DNA from: a bacterium
GTDB taxonomy: Bacteria > UBA8248
Direction of reading: 5' to 3'
Assembly: GCA_965213625.1 (NCBI GenBank)
Contig: CBDBZU010000004.1
Location: forward strand, 1,632,001 to 1,696,000
DNA: 64,000 nt
Every line of letters starts with the position of its first letter. Position 1 is the stretch's first letter. The notes below the pieces were generated by a model, which was not told the origin of the DNA, ran no database searches, and saw nothing but the letters and a program-made list of their open reading frames with translations. Shown piece after piece: positions 57,688-64,000 of the stretch. A program made the position numbers and the translations under genes.

Positions 57688-58590
57688 ATGAACCGAGTCA
57701 TGAAGGCGCGCTTGTTCAAGATCTTCCGCTACGCCATGCTTGTCGTATGGTCGGTGATCGTGGCGTTCCCGATTTTCTGGATCGTTTCCACATCGTTCAA
57801 GCCCGACTGGGAGTGGCACGCCTGGCCGCCGGTCTACTGGTCGCAAGAGGCCTCCTGGGCCAATTACCGGGCGGTGTGGGGACGTGAGGAGAGCCCCCGA
57901 ACCTCAACAGAGGCGGAAACAAAGACTGCCCGCTACGAGTCGCACTCGGCCAACAAGCCCTGGCAGGCGCTCTGGAACAGCCTCTACATCGCCATTACCG
58001 CCACTGCGCTATCGGTCGCCTTCGGCGCGATACTGGCCTACGGGGTCTCGCGCTACCGGATACTGTCCGAGATACGGATGTTCCAGCTCCTTGTGCTCAG
58101 GATGATTCCGCCCATCGTGGTGGCGGCGCCGCTGACGCTCTACTACTCGGCGATCCATTTGATGGACACGGCGCTGGGGCTGATTATCGTCTATTTCATA
58201 ACTACATTGCCGTATTCCGTCTGGATGACGAAGAGCTTCGTGGATGAGGTGCCCGTCGAGATCGAACAGGCCGCCGAGATTCTGGGCGCGACCAAGTGGC
58301 AGGCGATCCGCGAGGTCATATTCCCGCTCATACGCTCAGGCATCGTGGCGACGTTCCTGTTCATCCTCATCCTGACGTGGAGCGAATATCTGTTATCTCT
58401 CATGCTCTCGAAGGTGGACGTGGTGACGCTGCCCGTTCAACTGGCGAAATACGAAGGCTCCGACGAGGGCCGCGTCTACGGCCATCAGGCCGCTCTGGCG
58501 GTGGGCATCACCCTGCCGCTCATGATCATCGGCATTTTCATTCGAAAACACCTGGTGCGAGGTTTCACTTTCGGAATGGTGAAGAGGTAA
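57688..58590 (+). CDS. Carbohydrate ABC permease (MalG-like)
   Basis: TSFK, NSLYIA, EIEQAAEILGA, HLVRGFTFG. Confidence 0.9.
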   Translation: MNRVMKARLFKIFRYAMLVVWSVIVAFPIFWIVSTSFKPDWEWHAWPPVYWSQEASWANYRAVWGREESPRTSTEAETKTARYESHSANKPWQALWNSLYIAITATALSVAFGAILAYGVSRYRILSEIRMFQLLVLRMIPPIVVAAPLTLYYSAIHLMDTALGLIIVYFITTLPYSVWMTKSFVDEVPVEIEQAAEILGATKWQAIREVIFPLIRSGIVATFLFILILTWSEYLLSLMLSKVDVVTLPVQLAKYEGSDEGRVYGHQAALAVGITLPLMIIGIFIRKHLVRGFTFGMVKR

Positions 58591-58597
58591 AAGGACA

Positions 58598-59671
58598 ATG
58601 GCAAGAATCGAACTCAAGGGTTTACGCAAGGTATTCGGCAGGAACATCGAGGCCGTGAAGAACCTCGACTTCACCATCGAGGAAGGCGAGTTCGTCGTCA
58701 TCGTCGGACCCTCGGGATGCGGGAAGACGACCACGCTGCGCATGGTCGCGGGTTTCGAGGAGCCCACGGCAGGCGAGATTTCCATCGACGGACGCCTCGT
58801 GAACGACGTCGACCCCGGCGACCGCGGCGTCGGCATGGTCTTCCAGACGCACGCCCTGTTCCCGCACAAGACGATAGCCGAGAACATCGAGTTCGGCCCG
58901 CGCATGAAGAAGGTGCCGCCCGAGACGCGCAAGCAGAAGGTGCGCGAGGTGGCCGACATGGTGCGCATCACGCACCTCCTCCACAAGCTGCCTGTCGAAT
59001 GCTCGGGCGGCGAGGCGCAGCGCGCCGCATTGGCCCGCACCCTCATCACCGACCCGGCCGCCTTCCTGCTGGACGAGCCGCTCTCGAGCCTGGACGCGAA
59101 GCTCCGCCGCGAGATGCGCGCCGAGATCGACAGGTTGCACGAGGAACTCAAGAAAACCTTCGTCTACGTCACGCACGATCAGGAAGAGGCCATGACGCTC
59201 GCCGACCGCATCGTGGTGATGCGCCTGGGCGTCATCGAGCAGGTCGGTACGCCGCTCGAAATCTACAACAACCCGGTCAGCTACTTCGTGGCCGATTTCT
59301 TCGGCAGCCCGTCCATGAACCTCATCGCGGGGAAGGTGGAGGGCTCGAACGGGGCTCCCGTCTTCACCGGCGCCGGGATCGATTTCACGCTCCCCGACGC
59401 CTACGCGGGCGTGTCTTCCGGGGACTACACCCTCGGCGTGCGGCCCGAGCACATCGTGGTGGGAAGCCAGGATGCCGCCTTCTCGTGCGACATCCAGCTT
59501 GTCGAACCACTCGGCAAGGACACGCTGCTCTACTTCGAGCACGGCGCCGAGCGCCCGACCATCGCGGTCGTCGAGGCGAGCGATCGCTTCAAGGAGGGCG
59601 AGCAGTTAAACGTCACGTTCGACCCGGCGCACGTCTATCTCTTCGAGCCCGACGGGAAGCGCGTCCGGTAG
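58598..59671 (+). CDS. ABC ATP-binding protein (MalK-like)
   Basis: GPSGCGKTT, LLDEPLS, YVTHDQEEA, GSPSMN, GVRPE. Confidence 0.93.
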   Translation: MARIELKGLRKVFGRNIEAVKNLDFTIEEGEFVVIVGPSGCGKTTTLRMVAGFEEPTAGEISIDGRLVNDVDPGDRGVGMVFQTHALFPHKTIAENIEFGPRMKKVPPETRKQKVREVADMVRITHLLHKLPVECSGGEAQRAALARTLITDPAAFLLDEPLSSLDAKLRREMRAEIDRLHEELKKTFVYVTHDQEEAMTLADRIVVMRLGVIEQVGTPLEIYNNPVSYFVADFFGSPSMNLIAGKVEGSNGAPVFTGAGIDFTLPDAYAGVSSGDYTLGVRPEHIVVGSQDAAFSCDIQLVEPLGKDTLLYFEHGAERPTIAVVEASDRFKEGEQLNVTFDPAHVYLFEPDGKRVR

Positions 59672-59942
59672 CGACGCTCCCTCTGGGAGCAACCTTTAAG
59701 GAAGATAAGAGTCCGGCGTTTCTCTTGCGGGTTGACGACGCGAGAACGCCGGTTCCCCTGCGTTCGACTCTATTTCCGTAAATCTATCCGCGAGACGCTG
59801 TTTTCGGCGGCGGCCCGTAAAAATTTCCCTTGACTCGCTCGAGATGTAGGATATATCTTGCAGGAGTCCGCATCCAAAAAATATAGTACGTGTGAACATT
59901 CTGGAAAGAAAAACCTGACCGAAAGAGGGGGAGACCTTCGGC

Positions 59943-62192
59943 ATGCATCCAGCCCACTCCAGCCACTTCGCCCGACGCGCCGGCGTCGGACGGCCAACGA
60001 ACCGCCTCTCCCACAGGGGCGTTTTCGACTCTATATTGCGCTTGAACCGCTTTGCGGCCTGCGCGCTCGCACTGGTCTTCGCTTTGTGCGCCCCGCCAGC
60101 GATTGCGGAGGATTTCAGGCAGGGTGAACTCGAGGGAAGCCTCGACATCACGGTTTCCCACGGCTTCACCTTCCGTGTCGATGATCGCGACAAAAACCTG
60201 ATCGGCTCCTCCAATGGCGGTTCGGCGACATCGGTCAACACGGACGACGGCAACCTCAACTACGATACGGGCATCGTGAGCAACGCTTCGAAGTTCATCG
60301 GCGAGTTGGACCTCAACTACCGGAACTTCGGCGCCTTCGCCCGCGTGCACGGGCTGTTCGACTTCGAGAACCAAAACGGCGACAGAGCGCGCAACGAGCT
60401 ATCGCCCGAGGCGAAGGACCTGATCGGAAAAGATTTCGAAGTGCTCGACCTCTACCTCACCGGCTCGTTCGACCTGGGCGTCGCGGCGGTGGATCTCAAG
60501 CTAGGCAATCACGTCATCAGCTGGGGCGAGAGCACGTTCATCCAGAATAGCATCAACGTCATCAACCCCTTCGACGTGACCAAGCTGAGAACACCGGGCG
60601 CGGAACTGCGCGACGGGCTGGTGCCGGTTCCGATGGTTTCGGTCTCGGCCTCGCTGAACGAGAACGTCTCCGTGGAGGGTTTTTACCAGGTGAAGTGGGA
60701 GAAGACCGAGATCGACCCGCCGGGCAGCTTCTTCTCGACGAGCGATTTCGCCGGAGCAAGTGGGAGCAGGGTCGTGCTCGGCTGGGGGGCCATCCCCGAC
60801 ACTGGATTCAGCTACGAGGCGCTGGGACGTGGCCTGACCCAGGCGGTGAACGCCGACCTCCAGAGTTTCCAGATTCCCAGCCCTGCGGCGCCGGGCACCC
60901 TGGTGCCCCTGCCCCAGAGAGCGCAGCCGGTCTTCGACCCCCATTTTCTGAATGTATACCGCGGAGGAGACGGCGAACCTGAAGACTCGGGCCAATGGGG
61001 ACTCGCGCTTCGCTACCTTGCCGAGGAGTTGAATAATACCGAGTTCGGGTTTTACTTCGTGAACTATCACAGCCGCCTGCCCCTTCTGAGCGGGCGCACC
61101 GGCACGGTGCAGGGGGTGACTGACGGCCTCTTCGCGGCGGCGGCGGTGGGCTCGCCCACTTCCGTTACCACACGGGCGGTGACGCAGGCTGTCACCCCGC
61201 TGGTTACCCAGGCGGTCACTCAGCAGGTTACAGCTGCGGTCACCGCACAAGTCCCGCCCGGCACCCCGCCAGCGGTGATTCAGGCGACAATCCGGCAGCA
61301 GGTTGCCAGTATCGTCCCCGGCGAGGTCGCCAAACAGGTCACCAGTAACGTGAGCAGGATGGCCGGCCTCCTGGCCATCGATCGCTACACGAAGACGGCG
61401 GGCTACTTCGCTGAATACCCCGAAGATATCAATCTCCTGGGCGTGAGCTTCAACACCACACTCGGCACTTCGGGCTGGGCGCTGCAGGGCGAATATTCCC
61501 GTCGCCTGGACGCGCCCCTGCAGATAGACGACGCCGAACTTTTCTTCGCCGCCCTGACGCCGCTCACCCTCGACCCCGCGACCCAAAGGTTTTGCGCGAA
61601 TTCCTTCAGCTACTGCCGGAACCAGGTAGGCGTTTTCCTCCCGGAATCCTACGTCCAAGGCTACATCGAGCGCGACGTGAGCCAGATTCAGGCCACGGCC
61701 ACCAAGGTGTTCGGTCCCACGCTGGGAGCCAACGCTTTGGCGTTCGTCGCGGAGGCGGCGCTCATGTACGTGCACGACATGCCGGACAAGAGCGTGCTGC
61801 GCCTCGAGGGGCCGGGCACGCAGACCAGCGGGGAGCCTTTCCATGCCACGGCCGCGGGCGCGCATGCCGGTTTGCCGCCGGATCCGCAGGATCGATTCGC
61901 GAGCGCCACCTCCTACGGCTACAGACTGTTGGCGCGTCTGTCGTATCTCAACGCCATCGGCGCGATCAACGTCTCGCCGCGCGTATCGTTCCAGCACGAC
62001 GTAAAGGGCACCAGTCCGGGACCGGGCGGGCCGTTCATCGAGGATCGTTTCGCGGTCACCCTCGGGCTGGGCGCGAGCTATCTCAACCGCTGGCATTTCG
62101 ACATGAGCTTCACCATGTTCGGCGGCGCCGGCAGGCACAACCAGGTGAGTGACCGCGACTTCGTTTCCGCCACAATCAAATACCTGTTCTAA
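59943..62192 (+). CDS. DUF1302 family outer-membrane protein
   Basis: NTDDGNLNY, WGESTFI, YFVNYHSRLP, YPEDI..LGVSFNT, DRDFVS...KYLF terminus. Confidence 0.85.
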   Translation: MHPAHSSHFARRAGVGRPTNRLSHRGVFDSILRLNRFAACALALVFALCAPPAIAEDFRQGELEGSLDITVSHGFTFRVDDRDKNLIGSSNGGSATSVNTDDGNLNYDTGIVSNASKFIGELDLNYRNFGAFARVHGLFDFENQNGDRARNELSPEAKDLIGKDFEVLDLYLTGSFDLGVAAVDLKLGNHVISWGESTFIQNSINVINPFDVTKLRTPGAELRDGLVPVPMVSVSASLNENVSVEGFYQVKWEKTEIDPPGSFFSTSDFAGASGSRVVLGWGAIPDTGFSYEALGRGLTQAVNADLQSFQIPSPAAPGTLVPLPQRAQPVFDPHFLNVYRGGDGEPEDSGQWGLALRYLAEELNNTEFGFYFVNYHSRLPLLSGRTGTVQGVTDGLFAAAAVGSPTSVTTRAVTQAVTPLVTQAVTQQVTAAVTAQVPPGTPPAVIQATIRQQVASIVPGEVAKQVTSNVSRMAGLLAIDRYTKTAGYFAEYPEDINLLGVSFNTTLGTSGWALQGEYSRRLDAPLQIDDAELFFAALTPLTLDPATQRFCANSFSYCRNQVGVFLPESYVQGYIERDVSQIQATATKVFGPTLGANALAFVAEAALMYVHDMPDKSVLRLEGPGTQTSGEPFHATAAGAHAGLPPDPQDRFASATSYGYRLLARLSYLNAIGAINVSPRVSFQHDVKGTSPGPGGPFIEDRFAVTLGLGASYLNRWHFDMSFTMFGGAGRHNQVSDRDFVSATIKYLF

Positions 62193-62221
62193 CCAACAGC
62201 GATGAAAATGGGGTAACCGCC

Positions 62222-63580
62222 ATGAAAACCATCATTTTGAGAGCCATCGTCGCGATAAGCTGCGTCCTCTTGGCAGCCAGCGCCTCCGCCGCGATTTCGG
62301 CTGATGAAATCGCCCGATTGGGCAAGGACCTGACCCCCCTCGGCGCGGTGCGGGCGGGCAACGCCTCGGGAACCATTCCGGAGTGGAAGGGCGGCATCAC
62401 GAGCCCGCCGGCGGGTTACAAGGTCGGCGATCACCACCCCGACCCCTATTCGGGCGACAAGCCGCTCTTCACCATCACCCGCGCGAACCTGGATAAACAT
62501 CGGGGAAAACTCTCCGCCGGCCTGCAGAAAATGCTGGAGACCTACCCGACGCTTAAGCTTCCGGTCTATCCGACCCGGCGCAGCGCCGCCTTCCCGAAGC
62601 GCATCTACGACGCCACGAAGCGCGTCGCTGCCACCGCGAAACTCGTAGCGGGGGGGAGCGGCGTGACAGGCGCGGTGATCGGGGTTCCGTTCCCTGTTCC
62701 GAAACACGGGGCAGAGGTGATCTGGAACCACCTGCTGCGCTTCCGGGGCGAAGCCGCCTCGCGCGTTATCGGCCAGGCCGCCGTCACCCGGAGCGGCGAC
62801 TACACGCTCGTGAGGCTCGAGGACGCATACCTCGCACGCTATTCCCTGCCGGGCATGACGGAGGCGAAACTCAACAACCGGATGATTCTCTTCCGCCAGA
62901 AAGTGGCGGCGCCCGCGCGGCTGGCGGGCCGTATTGTGCTGGCCTACGAGACGCTCAACCAGGTCGCCGAGCCGCGACACGCCTGGGTGTACAATCCCGG
63001 CCAGCGACGGGTGCGGCGCGCGCCGAACATCGCCTACGACAATCCGGGCACCGCCGCGGACGGACTGCGGACGAGCGATCAGTTCGACATGTTCAACGGG
63101 GCGCTCGACCGCTACGACTGGAAGCTCGTGGGCAAACAAGAGATGTACGTGCCCTACAACAGCTACAAGCTCCACAGCGACAAGATTACCTTCGCAGACG
63201 TTTTAAAGCCCTTGCACGTCAACCCGAAGTACCTGCGCTATGAACTGCACCGGGTCTGGGTGGTCGAGGCGACGCTCAAGGAAGGGGCGCGCCACATCTA
63301 CAAGAAACGGCGGTTCTACGTGGATGAGGATTCGTGGATGATTCTGCTGGCCGACATCTACGACAACCAGGATCAGCTCTGGCGCGTGTCGGAAGGGCAC
63401 ACCGTCAACTATTACGAAAAACCCTTGCTGGGCTACACCCTCGAGGTTCACACCGACCTACAGGCGGGGCGCTACCTCGCGCTGGGGCTCAACAACGAGT
63501 ATCCCATGAACGTCTTCGGCACGAACTACTCCTCCAGGGGTTTCACGCCCTCGGCGTTGCGCCGAATGGGCAGGAGATGA
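62222..63580 (+). CDS. DUF1329 family periplasmic protein (LolA-like)
   Basis: LGKDLTPLGA.RAGN, PFPVPK, AWVYNPGQRRVRRAP, RYELHRVWVVEA, YVDEDSW. Confidence 0.88.
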   Translation: MKTIILRAIVAISCVLLAASASAAISADEIARLGKDLTPLGAVRAGNASGTIPEWKGGITSPPAGYKVGDHHPDPYSGDKPLFTITRANLDKHRGKLSAGLQKMLETYPTLKLPVYPTRRSAAFPKRIYDATKRVAATAKLVAGGSGVTGAVIGVPFPVPKHGAEVIWNHLLRFRGEAASRVIGQAAVTRSGDYTLVRLEDAYLARYSLPGMTEAKLNNRMILFRQKVAAPARLAGRIVLAYETLNQVAEPRHAWVYNPGQRRVRRAPNIAYDNPGTAADGLRTSDQFDMFNGALDRYDWKLVGKQEMYVPYNSYKLHSDKITFADVLKPLHVNPKYLRYELHRVWVVEATLKEGARHIYKKRRFYVDEDSWMILLADIYDNQDQLWRVSEGHTVNYYEKPLLGYTLEVHTDLQAGRYLALGLNNEYPMNVFGTNYSSRGFTPSALRRMGRR

Positions 63581-64000
63581 TTGCGTCGACCTCCGGAATC
63601 CCTGGAAGATTGAGTCTGCGCATCCTGCCCGGCCTCATCTTCTGTCTGCTGGCCTTAGGCGCGGCGAATGCCCAACCGGCGGTTCACGCGCGGCTCGCAG
63701 AGAAATCCCTGCTGATCGACGGCGCATTCGCGGGCGCGCGACTGGTGGTGGTCGGCGAGCGCGGCCACGTGCTGGTATCGGACGATGGCGGCTTGAAGTG
63801 GAAACAGGCCCGCGTACCCGTCCGCGCCCTCCTGACGGCGGTGCACATGCACGATGCGCGCATCGGCTGGGCGGTCGGGCACGACGCCGTCATCCTCCGC
63901 ACCGAAGACGGCGGCCTGACCTGGAAGGTGGCCCATTTCGCGCCCAAAGAAGAACGCCCCCTGCTCGACGTCTGGTTCCGCGACGAGCGGGTCGGCTTCG
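63577..64000 (+). CDS. YCF48-related BNR-repeat beta-propeller protein (3'-truncated)
   Basis: VGERGHVLVSDDGG..W, GWAVGHDAVILRTEDGG.TW. ATGA overlap with the DUF1329 gene. Confidence 0.85.
   Translation, partial: MIASTSGIPGRLSLRILPGLIFCLLALGAANAQPAVHARLAEKSLLIDGAFAGARLVVVGERGHVLVSDDGGLKWKQARVPVRALLTAVHMHDARIGWAVGHDAVILRTEDGGLTWKVAHFAPKEERPLLDVWFRDERVGF

Noticed and set aside
9012-62138. Long antisense ORFs (e.g. 9012-10412+, 20339-21841+, 27767-28846+, 55059-56738-, 60501-62138-)
   Set aside because: These are shadow ORFs opposite well-supported genes, expected at high GC, with no recognisable motifs.
1-64000. CRISPR array, rRNA, transposase or defence system
   Set aside because: No regularly spaced repeat-spacer array, rRNA signature, or recognisable transposase, cas or restriction gene was seen.

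Overview
GC-rich bacterial chromosome segment from a diderm heterotroph (outer-membrane DUF1302/DUF1329/YCF48 cluster, Tat substrates). It is mostly metabolic: a complete coenzyme F420 biosynthesis operon (cofG-cofH-FrhB/FpoF-like-nitroreductase-cofD-cofC-cofE-cupin), five luciferase-like (LLM) oxidoreductases, hemE-hemH-hemY, glgX-glgB, a leuC/leuD-type pair, a sugar-type ABC transporter and tRNA-Cys. The main discovery candidate is a set of intact tailed-phage morphogenesis genes split into two islands. The first is a split terminase plus portal (1-2233). The second runs protease-capsid fusion, decoration, adaptor, gp10-like, terminator, tail tube and frameshifted chaperone (10704-16824). 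They are separated by about 8.5 kb of host genes and end at a terminator, with no integrase, replication, lysis or tape-measure gene in view. This looks like a domesticated, gene-transfer-agent-like particle system. The ORF track also misses two selenoproteins (a UGSC-family protein and an OsmC-like protein), each with an in-frame TGA and a SECIS-like hairpin. Other points of interest are an unassigned structured RNA with its own promoter, two single-gene cassettes bracketed by about 40-bp direct repeats, nested REP/MITE-like elements, and domain fusions (CdaA-YbbR, amidase-GatC-like). All assignments come from reading motifs by eye; no database searches were run.
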